Source of the DNA: Octopus sinensis
Taxonomy: Eukaryota
DNA length: 64,000 nt
Assembly: GCF_006345805.1 (NCBI RefSeq)
Contig: NC_043007.1
Location: forward strand, 46,562,001 to 46,626,000
Reading direction: 5' to 3'
Of the stretch, positions 1-14,240 are shown in pieces. The notes beneath the pieces were generated by a model. The model saw only the letters and a list, made by a program, of their open reading frames with translations, did no database searches and was not told where the DNA came from. Numbering within the stretch: the first letter of the stretch is position 1; every line of letters starts with the position of its first letter. The translations under genes and the position numbers were made by a program.

Positions 1-1341
1 CCCCCCCACACACACACACATACACACACATATATATATATATGCATACACATTGTGTGTGCATATGTGTGTGTGTAAGACAAAATTATTGACATGAGCA
101 AATTCTACAATGTGAGGTTAATAATTTGTTATACATATTACGAATAGCACACCAAAATCGCTGCCGCGGAAAGTAGGCAGCCATATTTACTATATCAGCT
201 GCTATATCGCACAGGTTCTTTTCTCAGGCACGGAGCGACTTCAACGTAAAATATCGAAGATGACATTGTAGAAATGGATGCCGCTGGTAATTGATCAGTG
301 AACAGCGCGACAATAAATTTATCTTTTAATGACGCATATTTGGTCACATTCCACTTTAGCATTTAGGAGGGGGCAGATCTCTAACTTATGACAGAAATTA
401 CAAAATTGCTTCTAGAAAATTTAATGCAACATTTAGCTTCTCAGGTGATTAGCTAACCTACATCAAATTGAAAAATAGATATTCTGCCCGGACACCTGCA
501 GATTCTGTTTTCAAATGCTGACCAGAATATCTATCTCATTTAATAACATCGGTCACTGAGCCGTTTTGGAGGAAATATTCGACTTTATGACAAATAACAG
601 AGTGAATATCAACCTCGTAGATAGTAGCGGCCTTTATGTGGATCGCTCATCCAGAAACCGATCGCTTACCCAAAAGCCGACACGCAGAAACCGATAATGC
701 AGAGGCATTCATACTTGAGGAGAGTACCGGTCAACTAAGAGGAAAGCAGACACTGTTGGATTAATGCGAGACAGCCTTGGTTGAACGATGATTTGATTTT
801 TTCAGGTTGTGTACAAATGTACCTGTCTAAAACAGTTTATCATAGTTTAACTTATAATGTTACAGGATCTGCTACTATCTTACTTTGTAGTACAAGTGTT
901 ACGGTACTGCAAACACGTTGTTCAGCTTGTACACTATCAAGCAACATTTAAAATAAACATTATCTCAGCGTTCTTAAAGCACCAAATATCCACTAGTCAA
1001 AAACATTACTAAGTATTTTCATCCTCCTTAGAATTACAAACAAAAGCTATTGCCTCGTGTCGGTATCATTAATATCAATACCACAAAATTAGGAAGCACC
1101 GACCATAGTGATTATATTTACCATTGAGCTTGTTTGCCGTAATCTCACAGTAAGGTAATTTCCTAGTAATCTGTTGCGAAATAGATGTTTATTGTACCGA
1201 AGCTACTGTTATGATAATGGAGGTTAATGTTAATGAGATTTTTATTGACAAGCATTTACACATGATCTTAAGAGATCAAAGCATACATCGGATATTAATC
1301 AAGTGATTTTTGAATAGATATACTGAATATTCTAAAGAATA

Positions 1342-2542
1342 TACAAGGTACGTAAGGTATGTGAGAACATACCTTTTTTGAGTCATTGCTGCACATTTTC
1401 TAAATCTGTATAATCTTTGTTTCAGAAAATAATGATGGCACACTCTCAGCTTTCTCAAGAACTGAAGAGGCATGCTGTTATTGCGGTATTAAAGGCCGAG
1501 CATAGCGATTTATAAATCTCGATTTTTAAAAACTGCCAGAGCTTTCGTCTACACACTTTGTAAGAAGCTAGAGATTGACGATGGAAGCGTATCACTAGTA
1601 TCAAAGCATAAAAAGCATTCTAGACGCTCTGAAATCATCAGAACACATGCATTTATTCAGCAAGTTCAACAGACCATTGATTACAATCCCAGAAAGTCTG
1701 TGAGGTCATTTGCATAAGATCTCCATGTGTCAGAAAGAACATTGTGAAATGTTGTCCACGTAGACATTAAATGTAAGTTTTATATGATTAGGAAAGATCA
1801 ATTTGTCAGAAACAGCAAAGAAAAATCACTGCATCAGAACTAAAAGACTCTTAAACAAACTGAAAAATCCAGCAGAAGATTTGATTTGGTTTTTCTCAAG
1901 CGAGAAAAAATTCGCCCAAGATCAAAATGTTAACAGAAGAAAAGACAGGTAGTTATGTGCAGACCCTTCTCAAGTTCCAGGTGTTATGCATACAAAACAA
2001 ACTTTTCTGCAACTGTCATGGTTTGGGGGCTTGTCAGCAATGAAGGTCATGTGATGCCTCTTTACTTCTTTCCACATGGCCTTAGAGTTAACTCTGTCGC
2101 CTACATTGAGGTCCTCGAAATAATTGTTAAGTCCTGGATAAACAGCGTATACAATGTGTTTCAGTAAGACTTTGCTTTATCCTACTTGGCTCTAGTAACA
2201 CAGGAATGGATGACTAAACATTTTCATGATCGCATAACCCCTAACATCTGGCCACCTAATTCCCCAGATCTCAATCCATTGACAGAAGGACCAATGAACA
2301 CGCCCTTTACATCAAAGATTATTTAAAAGCTGCCATAGTCAGAGTAATGTCCAAAATGAACCAGGACCACTTGATTCGAGCATGTAGATGACTTAGATCT
2401 CATTTAGAAGCAGTTACTGAAGCTGCAGATGTTTTTATTGAATAACATTTTAGAATAGAATGTTTATTTTTATCATATTTTGATATTATATATCATTTTT
2501 TATAAACATAAACCTATCCTAAAATATCTTACGCATCCTGTA
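1342..2542 (+). mobile_element. Decayed Tc1/mariner DNA transposon, maT (DD37D)-like, ~1.2 kb
   Basis: Broken transposase from ~1434 (MAHSQLSQELKRHAVI) through SATVMVWGLVSNEGHVMPLYFFPHGLRVNSVAYIEVLE to WPPNSPDLNPL (~2247-2280). Imperfect TIRs tacaaggtacgtaaggtat (1342) and atatcttacgcatcctgta (to 2542), each ending in TA. Multiple stops and frameshifts. Confidence 0.8.
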
Positions 2543-5500
2543 TAATGAAAATATATAACGTTATTCTTAGACGCATGGGACATGCACCAGGCAGAGGCAG
2601 GAATATTCTCGTGGAATTTGCCTCCGATCATACCTTGCCTGTTTTAAAATGGAAAGAGGCAATGGCTAGTGTTATCGTAGAAATATTGTTTTAAAATATA
2701 TGATGTAGTCAAGGTTGGAACGCCATTTTGATCATTGATCTTGATCTGACCACCACTGAGTGAGTCTAAACAAAACCATCAAATAACTTATTTTGAGGTA
2801 TACCTTAACTCTTTGGAAATAGTTAAATACCTTTCTGTCGCTTTGAAGATTTTGTAAGCATCATTCACTTCAATCTCGATACTAGATGATGCCAAAACTG
2901 TTATCTGTGATTAACTTAGTGACGCAAATTTTATCACGATATAACATATTGTTAATATAACCGACTGCCACCAATGTTACCTCTATACTTCATTCTGCTA
3001 CCAAAGTTAACTTATTAGAGCGCCGTCGTAACACCCACGATAATACTGACAGTCACCAACTTTTAAATTCATATGTAATTTCATTAGAGACGAACAGGTA
3101 TGGATTTTTAGAAATAATTGTAATTACATGCACGTTTCTCGTCATGATGTGAATAAATATTTCTGCACAAGCTGCCAGCCATAACGATATTCTTTTATAT
3201 TTGTCAGTCGAAGAGTTTTACAAAATCTTTTCTAAATAAAACGAATTACGGTTTTAGGTTTCCTATTGATATCACTAACACTCCCTCGAGGTAGAGAGGG
3301 AATCATTGCTGTCACAGTCATATTCTTCAACAAATCATAACTGTCTTGAGGAATTTTATTACAGTGTCACTAAGAATCTTCCACCAAGCATAAATAATAG
3401 TTTTAAGAGTTGGAGTACTTATATAACGTCATCGTACCAATACGAAAAAGATGGTTTCGTTGCGGATGGAACAACTGGAAGTCTTTGATTGTTTGCCTGT
3501 AGAATCAAAGCTGACCATCTGGGTTTCAAAATTATTAATAGAAACAGCAACTAATGAATCTTAATCCTCAAGTTCAACGTTATCAAATAGTGTTATTGCT
3601 GCTATTAGATCGAATGTAAATTTGATCAAATAATTCTTTGTTTAAAAACATTTCCCATATCACCTCCTTTCTCGTCTGTCGTGCATAGTGTACGAAGAAC
3701 TACAGAATATTGTTTCTATTCCTTAAGACTTTAGGGTGTAGCTCAACGGAGATGCAATTATTTTAAGTGTAGGTCCAGTTTCGACGTACATGATTTGTGA
3801 TGGGTTCCATGAAATGTGGTTATATTGTTGGCCAAATATTTATTCCAATCGGAATAAAGGAAAATTATTGTATATTAAAACAGATACTTAGGATCAACGC
3901 AATGAAGAACCTGACGACAAAATACATATCTTTTTTATTTTGAGAAAGGCTGCTTTCGATATGAACATGAAAGAAACTCCGCTGAGTAATATAAACTGAG
4001 AGAGTGTGGTTGACAGGAAACTTTTAAATATATATGGAACAATTAATCTCTTCTAAACTCTGTTATATTACAATGTTATGAATATTTTCAGTACTTTATT
4101 TAATAAAACAATCACTATTTCATTGGTCAGTCAAATGTATTGAGTTTAGTCTGTATGGATGTATTAAACACCGTGATTATGTAAAAGTACTCTTTGCAAC
4201 TACTGATGTACAACACATGCAACTAAAGGCAGTTTGTTTTTAAAGAACGTCTGGTAATCATTTGGGCTTCAATATACTTTTTTACCCTAGGAACCTGATA
4301 TCTAAAACTATCAGCAACACTTGCATTTACTCCCTTATATGTTCTACAAGCTGGCATTATTGATTTTTTTCTTTTACAACTTGAGGAATTTGGTGTTCTT
4401 CTTCAAGAAAAATGAGTCATAAAGTCTTCCAAATATTCTAAATTCATTCGACATAATGTAATTATTTGATCGGATATTCGTGTTCTTGCGTTTATATGCG
4501 GTTTCAATGTCCGTACATTTGGAGAACGTATTTGCATTTTAAATGCGCATTTCTTCAAATACACATTTGTTATCGTGCGAAACCTTGCAAAAAACAAGGC
4601 AATGAGATAACTTGATATGGTTTAATTGCGTATTTGCTACATACTGCTCCACAAATATTACAACATATAGTTTCTAACACGATATATGATATATTAATAT
4701 TTCCCATTTCTGGATTCAGAACAGGCTCCCATTTGAGGCAGGAATATACAGATCATCGATAAAATATTCTGTTAACTTTTTCATTGTTGCTCTAATAATG
4801 TAGGGGTCAGGTCTTCGCTGAGAAAATAAATCTAGTATCATGAGCCAATTGTATATACTTCAATTTACACCACTACCGATAATTCTTAGAATGTTGACCT
4901 ATTACATTCTGTGATTAATAGTCATGTTTTGATAAAAATTAAGTGCACTGCACCTATAGATTTTATTGCCATTGATATTGTACGCCAGACCATCTTAACT
5001 AAATTTTATCTATACTGTATTCAATGCTTTCTATCATACTGTATTGAATGACTTGTATCGTCTTATGGCATTCATGATTCTAAACGAATTACGCTGCACA
5101 TGGAATATTTCTATTACATACATGTATTTTCCTATTTAAGGTAGATTTTAGTTCTCTGGAAATGTATCTGTCTAATTTGATACACGTATAACTCAAACCT
5201 CAAAAATGATTTTTAGTTGATTGTGTAACTTTCAGCTCCTAAATATACTTGTGATTTATAGACATTCAAAATAGGGGAATGAGCCGAATTATGCTAACTG
5301 AGGAACTATATTAACTCTCTTGTATCTCGAGATTGAATCATTCTTAAACCTTGAAGCATTGTACATGCAGCTTATTCCAGGAATACATTACAACTAAATA
5401 ATGATGAAAGATCTCATTTGATTTCAGTTGGAGGGGTGTGCTAAAATGAGAAAAATTGTTGAAATGCGAATTAAGTCAAATACTTTCAAAACTTAAACAC

Positions 5501-7584
5501 AAATGTTTATAATATTTAGGTCTAGAATTATTAGTTATTGAATAGTGGCCTAGAGCAAATCCATAATATTTGACACCAGAAATCCAACGTGGTACTATCG
5601 TTCTTTTTCTCAGATATGTTTTGAAATAATATCAACTGAATATAGATTTTTGGATTTAAAAAAATCTTTCAATGTTTAACACAACGTGATTTAACTCTGA
5701 ATATTACAATAAACGGTATTTCTGAGTAGGTTGCATGTACAAATTTCGAAGCATGAAACTCTGAATCTGAAGATATTACAGCTTAAATATGTCTCCATAT
5801 TTAGTAAAATCATCCCATTCGGGGAGGGCCTCTTCTTTCAAAGCCCATAATATCAGAACCATAAATAGGTTGGAGCTAAAACTTTCAGGACTGTCTAGGT
5901 AAAAAACACCCGACTTTACTTACTTTGCAACTTGCAAGGTTCCAGCCTAGATTCCCCCTTACACTTTTTAGGAATTCAGTGGTACAGCTTGTGAAATTTC
6001 CCGCTTTTCAAATTCATATACAAGATGCCTGTATATGCTGTATACACTTAAGTTCAAATAAGTAACAGATTATGATAGGTTTCTCTATCACCCTCCTCAG
6101 TAGAAATGCATAACACCAATTCGAAAGGGGATTACATAGATAATTGGTATGTGACAATTGGGAGATTTGTTTAAAATATACCCGCGCTCTGAAATATAAG
6201 AAAATCTACGATTACATTTTTACGAGGAGAGTTGTTTACACAAGTTCCAATCCCCTATGAACGCATGAATTGCAATTTGTTTCTGAAAAGGTTAATCATA
6301 GTTTATATTACACTTTCAAAACAGGATATTAAGCATCAAAGTATCACAACTACAATACCATCTCTATCTGCTCATAATTAAACAGTTGACACCTTAATTC
6401 AACACATACTAACGCTCAAAATGTTTTATGTTATTACATGAAAATAGCATATCTATGACTAAACATATGAGTGACTTAGTTCTTTTCATTAGAAGCAGAA
6501 ACTACTCTGATCTCTGAACTACTAAGGACAATAAGACGTTTACGCTCATTTTCTGTACATTTGTGTATGAATCATCCACTGTACTCTTACATATTCTATA
6601 CCATAATCTCAAAAAGAAAAAAAAATAATTCATGCAGTCACCGATTTACCGAAGCATCTTCAATCCTTACTATGACTTCTATTTTTAAGTTTCTTGTACA
6701 CTGAAGGAGCAGGGCATGAATCCCTTCTTTAGTCGCTCTGTGCGAACACAGAACTCGAAACTTACTTCACTTGCAACGTCGCTCCTGCATGCCAACAGTC
6801 ACATACGCTTGCTTCAGCATGTATGCATTTATCTAAATGAACCGAAGATAAACTCAGAGTAGCCAGTGGCATTATTTTAAACAACAAAGACTACTAAAAG
6901 TATCTTGAATGCCAGAAAAAAAAATTCGTGACTTCATGAAATTATTTTCCTTTCGATAGGCAAACAAATGTCTCAATTACGATTGACTCAGAAATAAATG
7001 CGGGAGATAATCTCGAGAATCCTGAGGAATTGATACACCTTTATTGAAAAAACGGCATTCTCTTTTTCGCAAGAGAAACATGACTTTGAGGCACACATAT
7101 CATTTTCAAAACCCATTGCCAGGACATCATTTGTCCTGAGTGATTCCAGGCAAACATCAGTTAGACATGTTCTGAAGGAAAAGAGGAAATTTATAGCATG
7201 AAAAAACCTCATTTTTGTTTGAATTCTGAAACTTTGGTTAGGTAATAAGTGTTTTCAACACTGTTTTGGTGTATAAATTCGTTGTTTTCCAGTATTCCAT
7301 ACAAATAAAACGGCTGTGGGACAGGTAGGTTCAGGAACTGCTCAAGATTGACAGATCTGAATTTTTAGTTGAACCATGACTCAACCTAGTTGAGGATCAC
7401 AAAAAGCATTCTCACATGCCCTAGCAATGTGGTGCACTGTCACTCTGTAGATATATTGCACTACAGGCGTCTGTAATATCAGATGCGAGCAGGATGAACT
7501 CAATCTGAAAGTGACATTTGATTAGTATATATAGTATGGGTACTGTTCTATATTTAAGAGATGAGGAATTACGTACCTTATTTA

Positions 7585-7692
7585 CATTTGACGGATATTT
7601 GTCCTCATCTTATTTGTTTCGGCTGATATACCTTCCAGCCTTCATCAGGTGTCTTGTGGAAATTTCGAACCTGGGTTCTCATTCCTAAGGTA
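7585..7692 (-). mobile_element. Repeat tail carrying a hammerhead-like core (probable 3' part of a SINE-like element)
   Basis: Minus strand 7652-7616 reads acac-CTGATGA-a-GGCTG-gaaggtatat-CAGCC-GAAAC. The conserved core and a 5-bp stem II are present, but no stem III/stem I 3' strand follows in this copy. Confidence 0.5.
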
Positions 7693-7693
7693 T

Positions 7694-7704
7694 TGTTGTT
7701 GTTG

Positions 7705-7777
<73 letters not shown>

Positions 7778-7797
7778 CATCATCATCATCATCATCA

Positions 7798-7862
<65 letters not shown>

Positions 7863-7880
7863 GTAATTATTATTATTATT
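7694..7880. repeat. (TTG)/(TTA)n/(TCA) trinucleotide tract; tail or target of the R4/Dong LINE
   Basis: Seen directly; abuts the 3' UTR of the LINE. Confidence 0.95.
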
Positions 7881-9617
7881 CAGTAGTTTTATTTTTATAA
7901 CATGCTTTCACTTCACTACCGAGCGCAGCTCTGTGTGCCTTGGGTATGTGCTGTGATTTGCTGTGATGCTCTGATGGTTACTGTATTGAAAGTGTTCTGC
8001 GTAGGATGTGTGCAGTGCCTAGTAGTGCAATTTTCTGTATGTTATATATATTTGTAAGTATTGGTGTTTAGAGACGCGTTGTCATCTGCTGGTATTGATA
8101 CATCAATTAGAAAGCATTGATGATCTCTGACAACTATATCTGGTCTGTGGGCCTTAATTTCTCTATCTGTGTGTATTGGCATATATCAGAGTATGGTTGC
8201 TTTCTCGTTTTCCGTGACCTTTTCTGGCGTGTGCCTATACCATTTTTTCCGTTGTTATTCCATATTGCTGGCATTTCTTCCAGTGTATGTAGGTCCCAAC
8301 TCTGTCGTGTCTGTGAATATGTTCCTTCTTAACCAGGACTGGGCAACCACAGATATTATGATTCATTGTTTCGTGTCTATCTCCACATATTCTGCATTTA
8401 CTTGTTATGTTTCTTTTCATTATGTGTTTTTGGTAATTTCTGGTGGGGAGGCTTTTGTATTGTGCTGCAATTAAAAATCCTTCGGCCTCTGATTTGAGTC
8501 CTGATCTTCTGAACCATTGCTGGGATTTTTATCTGTCTATTTTACATTTGCATTTAGTTTAGCCTAGTATTTGCCATGAATGGGTTTATTCTTGCCATCG
8601 TTTTATCAAGGTCCCCTAGTGTTCTAGTTTTAGTTTGGATTTCATTTGCTTTCTAGCTTTTGTTGTATTTTCTTCTTCTTCTTCTTCTTCTTCTTCTTCT
8701 TCTTCTTCTTCTTCTTCTTCTTCTTCTTCTTCTTCTTCTTCTTCTTCATATTTGTTAGGTGGTATGATTTCTTGTTTGTATTTGTCAGCTTCCTTAAATA
8801 CCGAGAACAATATTTTGTTTTGCTCATGCTTTGCCGCTATTTTCCTTGCTTCTGAAGTAGATATTTTTGCAGTCCTATGGTGGTTATTTTATAGTAGATT
8901 TCCTGTATTATAAGGCCTCTACCACCTTCTATACGTTGTATATATAGCCTCTCTATGTCAGATTTTGGGTGAAGCATCCTAGATCCAGTCATTATTTTTC
9001 TTGTTTCCCTATCTATTTTGGTCAGTTCATTTAGCGTCCAGTTAAGGCTATTGTAGCTGTAACTTATAACTGGAACGGCTAAAGTGTTAGTACCTATTAT
9101 CTTGTTTTTAGCATTGTGCTCTGTTTTTAGTATTGATCTAACTCGTCTATAATATTCTTTTTTTTATTTTCTCTTTCATTTGTGTGTGTTGTGTCTTATC
9201 TAGTTCATGGATTCCAACGTATTTGTAAGTTTGGCTTTGGTCTAATTCTTTTATTTCATTGGTTTTATTTAGTGTGATGTTGCTACTCTTAACTAGTTTT
9301 CCTCTTTTCAGGGTTACTTTGGCGCATTTTTCTAATCCAAATTTTATATCTATTTATTTGGTGAATCCATAAACTGTCTTTAAAAGTGATTACAGATGTT
9401 TGTCATTTGTAGCGTATAGTTTTAGATCATCCATATATAAAAGGTGGCTGATCGTTTTGTCGTAACACTTATATCCGCATCCAGTTCTGTTTAGCATATC
9501 AGATAGAGGTGACAGTGCCAAGCAGAAAAGGAGTGGAAAGAGCGTGTCTCCCTGGAATATTCCTCTTCTAATGGGGATGGTTTGGTTATGACGAGTCCCT
9601 CTTTTGTTTGGAGCTGT
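7881..9617 (-). mobile_element. 5'-truncated R4/Dong-clade non-LTR retrotransposon (RT plus restriction-like endonuclease), pseudogenised
   Basis: RT motifs RRGIFQGDTLFPLLF and HLLYMDDLKLY (ORF 9390-9815), zinc knuckle CRICGDRHETMNHNICGC (8235-8420), REL motif RPDIVVRD..LIDVSIP (~8110-8160), C-terminus QKIALLGTAHILRRTLSIQ* (stop 7978-7980). Flanked on both sides by (AAT)n-type tracts, the known target type of Dong. Internal deletion within the REL domain. Confidence 0.9.
8669..8746. repeat. (TTC)n tract inside the LINE ORF (in-frame poly-Glu, ~26 codons)
   Basis: Seen directly; ORF 8616-8810 reads PPNKY-E(n)-NTTKARKQMKSKLK. Confidence 0.95.
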
Positions 9618-9689
9618 ATTATTATTATTATTATGCTTATTATTACTATTATTATTATTATTGTTGTTGTTGTTGTTGCTGATGTTATT

Positions 9690-9744
<55 letters not shown>

Positions 9745-9760
9745 TTATTATTATTATTAT

Positions 9761-9865
9761 TCAGGCCACTGACTTGAATTGAATCTTGGGGTTTGTAGCC
9801 CGCACTCTTAACCACTACGCCATATGCCCACGGGCATATGGCGTAGTGGTTAAGAGCGTGGGCTA
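9761..9865. mobile_element. tRNA-derived SINE head in a head-to-head palindrome
   Basis: Arms 9796-9829 and 9832-9865 (tagcccgcactcttaaccactacgccatatgccc / gggcatatggcgtagtggttaagagcgtgggcta). A-box-like TGGCGTAGTGG on each arm; only the leftward (minus) arm continues toward a degenerate B-box region and the (AAT)n tract at 9618-9760. Confidence 0.7.
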
Positions 9866-10812
9866 TGTAAATAATGCATATAGTATGGGTACATACGGTT
9901 TTGTCAAAATTGTGAAGATTACACTGCTAATTGTTTTTCTCAAACACATTGTCTGTAAAGAAAATCAACGTTAACAGAACTAGATTTTATTTTGATCGCT
10001 TGTCAGCTTCATTTGAATTGGGCTTAGATAAACGATAAGACCTGATACTTACTACTAGTATGTGTATTTAATCATAGTTTCTTGTATCTTCAGTCGTATG
10101 TAATCGTGAGCATATGAATCATCTATTCGTTAAATTCGAGAATATTTCATATTAGGGATAGTGTAAAACACATCCGACAAGCTACCAAACAGATTCCGTA
10201 GACACATTTTCGTTAAAAATGCTTGGGTACTCTACAAGCTGCTCTAAAATGGAGATACCCAAGAAACTTTTCATTGAAATGGAATCTAAGGACTCACTGC
10301 GAAGCGAATATGTAAACAACTCTGGCCATGAAAATTCGGCGTATATTCTCATTACAGTATATATGTGAACGAATACTAATACAGCCATACCATAATAATC
10401 ATATTAGAGACAGTGAAATTAAATCGTGGAGAAATAATATTAAACAGAAAAAAAAAAGTGAAGATAGAATATCTCGCTGTAAAGGAGGTGAATGCACATA
10501 TATACAACTTTTGCTTCTGATATTTCAGTTACGAACAAAACCCTTTTTAATCTGGCAGTGAATTTCTTTGGAAAGTCTCAGTTATCTTCTCTTCAGATGT
10601 TTTTTGTGAATATATTTAATTGATGTCATTTCATTTCTCTATGACTTTATTACATCTCATATACATTTAGGTATAGTAGATTTGTTACGTTTAACTGAAA
10701 TTGGTGCTTATAATGTCTGTTTCATTTTATGCATAAACAAACACACATGCGTGCATACATATACATCACAATCAGTATCTGTACATATGTATGAATATCT
10801 ATATATGTATAC

Positions 10813-10870
<58 letters not shown>

Positions 10871-13800
10871 GTGTGTGTGTGTGCGTGTGTGTGTATTACT
10901 ATTGATTACTGCGTATGCATTTCAATTCTTATTCCAAATAGATGAACATCCCTCTGTGACATTGGACGATGTATTTAAAAAAGTTTTATGGTAATTACTA
11001 CTAAAAATACTTATCTGTAAAATAAGATTTCTATCCGAAATTTCCATTAAGAGGGAAGATAAGACATGAATGATGCCCACACTGACGCACACACGAAAAT
11101 TACCATATCAAAATGACTTGCAAATGAAATCGAGAGTAAAAAATAATGTTCTATCCTATCTTTTAAAGAATTATGCTGTCGAGCCATGAAGAGTAACTCA
11201 GCAAATCACTTGGGTGTGTGCTCCGTTTTCTTCTCAGTTCAAATCACATACAGATTTACTTTGCTTTTTATTGTGCTGGGAGCGATTAAATAACATTCAA
11301 TCAAAAATTGAGAGCCATAAAATTGACAGTCCCGTACCTCGTCTTGCGTAAATTTGTTAAAAAATGACTAGTCTTTTTGAGACAAACTACGTTTTAGCAC
11401 TCAAACGGTTAATACATCGAGTATGTTTCGATTTCTTTTCGTAAGTTCACTTCCTTTTATCAATGATCCTCTTTTGAAATGATTGCGCATTACAACTTAA
11501 CTTTTATTTTAATATGAAAGCCATGTTTTGAGAAAATAAACATTCCTCAGGATTCAAATAATCAAATAAAACTGATCCAAAATCTCACTATCTGAATTCG
11601 TATATTGTAAAAGCTATTGTAATAGCGATAGATTGTATGACCTCTTCAAAAATGTAAACTTTTTTTTGCGTTGTTAATGGCCTACAAATAAATTTATAAC
11701 GGCGTTGTCTCATCTACACTGAACTAAATAGGTTACTCATCATTATATTAGTTCATTGCTGTTGTAAAAGAACTGCCTCTGGTATATATTTTTCCTAGAT
11801 TCTTGTGATAACCTTAAGTATATCTATGGATATATGTTGCACATTTTTCTCCCCTGAAATTATTCAAACTAACACAACATCATGTATGTATCTAGTTCTA
11901 GAGATTGAAGCAATTAATCTAAATGTCAGACATGTTGTTGACAAATTTACCTTATCTTTGATATTAATTTGTTGTTGACAATGAAGGAAGAATCTGTATT
12001 ATAAGAAAAAGAGTTATTGATATTTCCTTCATGAAGTTAACAGCTTAAATTGATTTAAAATACTTAAGCTTAAATTGCATATTGCAAGTCAGTTGCTCGA
12101 TTGCCTTAAACTACAAGTTATCTCTAGATAAAATCGTTTCCTTTTCCAAGAAAAGGAATTCTTTGTATTCTTGGAACAAATGTCATACGGAAGCTCAAAT
12201 ATATATAAAACATGGGGAGTGATTTCGATGTTACCTTATACACAAGAAACTTACCAATGATACTTGTACGATACTTCTGAAATATTTCTACGTGGCATGT
12301 TATTTGTAGTATATCTATATCTGTTTTTACATATATTTTTGTATGTATATTCTATATATACAGCACATTCATCATATATATATGTGTGTGTGTACGTGCT
12401 TCTGTGCTTGCCTGCGCGTGTGTGTATGTGTGTGTACGCACGCGCTTGTATGTCCGTGCGTGTATGTGCATGTGGGTGAGTGTGTACTTGTGTACGTGTA
12501 TACGTATATATGGTTCAAATGTACAGAAAACGAAAGACAAAGGCAGCTCAGGAACAACACGCAAGTGTATTAGTTTGACGCTCGGAAAGAATAGAAAAGT
12601 TTTTGACGCTCGAGCCAACGTTCTCCAACATAAATGGAAATGTGTTAAATAAGAGAAAGAGAGAGAGAGTGACAGCGAGACAGAGAAAGACAAACAGAGA
12701 CAGACAGACATAGAAACATACATGTTTGTGTGCGAGTGTATATGTATTGTATACATTTTGTATGTGATAGGGATGAGTGCACTCAACAATATCATGAGAG
12801 TAAGGTCAGTCATGTACACAGTGTTGATACTAAAATATTTGCCAGAGTTTTTTGTAAACATTTACCTGTGTCATGCGCGATAGAAAATGTACATCAAATA
12901 ATAAAGTACAACCTTCTAAAATTCTTTATGTGACTGAGCTGGTCATCATAAATAAATATGTTTGGCAATTGTGACTAAGTAAGCAAATATGTAAAATACG
13001 TTTTAGTGGACACCTTCAATTATTGTACGAATATCTTAGTACAGTGTAGTAAGATACACCAAAACATAATCGAGTAGACAGTCATTGGAAGTTTTTAGGT
13101 GCAGCTGACCAATTACGAATTAGAATAACTACTACACAATATACTCGCTGTTGCTTATCTGCGAACATCATTGTGATGTGAGTGTGGTGGAGATATATAA
13201 ATATCTAATAAACAAATACACAGAACAAATTGCGTTCGTCATATACCGGTATTGATCATTGGCACAGAAACATGAATCACTGATTTGTAGTGTTGAAATG
13301 ATATCTCCCTCGCAAATATAGACTGAAGAAGGCTGACTGCATTAACCCAAATAATATCGTGATGCATCGCCATGCGACTGATTGACCAGATTAACGTTAT
13401 ACATATTGGATAGAGTGACTCGAGAAAAGAAGCAATATGTAATTATGTGATCTAGAAATAACAAGTAAATCATCCAATTGTATCGTAGCAGCTTGTAAAA
13501 GAATCTGACGGTGGATAATGTGATGTGTGGATACATTATAATATATCTGGAAACAAAGCAGAATGGTCGTGTCTGGAATATTTTTGATTACCGATGTACG
13601 TGAGCGGGAATAATCTGAGCCAAAGAAAAAAAGGCAATAAGAAGAGTAACATATTGCAAGGAATACTTCTATTCATATCTCATGCATTCTAATATTTGCT
13701 TCAGAATGACAACGCATTGCAATCTTTCATCATTTCCATATAAATTTATTGGTTTATTCCTTTCGGGACAGTTTAAGTTCAATTGGCAGTTCATGGAGAC

Positions 13801-14100
13801 ATGAATATTTCCCAGACTGCTGCTGTTGCTACCACAGTTTATAATGGACATCTGCAGTTCTTGCTATCGCACAATATTTATCTCCTCACCTCCAGCATGT
13901 TCAAGTTCACAGTTCTATTCATTATACACAATGAATGTTCTGTTCTGGTTTATTGCAGTTAGCGTCACTTCAATTTAATATAAACATTAATCTGCTAAGG
14001 TAAATCGAGCTGATATATAGAGACGCTGAGATTCATATAATGCAACGATGTTTGAACTACATCTTTTGTGTATCTCATAGGATATTACTGGTATCAGGGT

Positions 14101-14192
<92 letters not shown>

Positions 14193-14240
14193 CTAATACA
14201 TATATATATGTATATACATATGTATATGTACTAATACATA

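Noticed and set aside
270-760. Possible very old Gypsy gag remnant (ASQVI..YIKLKNRY..SRNRS..C..H)
   Set aside because: Similarity is scattered across frames and too weak to support without a search.
4403-4597. ORF with MQIRSPNVRTLK, resembling the start of a LINE APE domain (WNVRTL)
   Set aside because: One short degenerate motif only.
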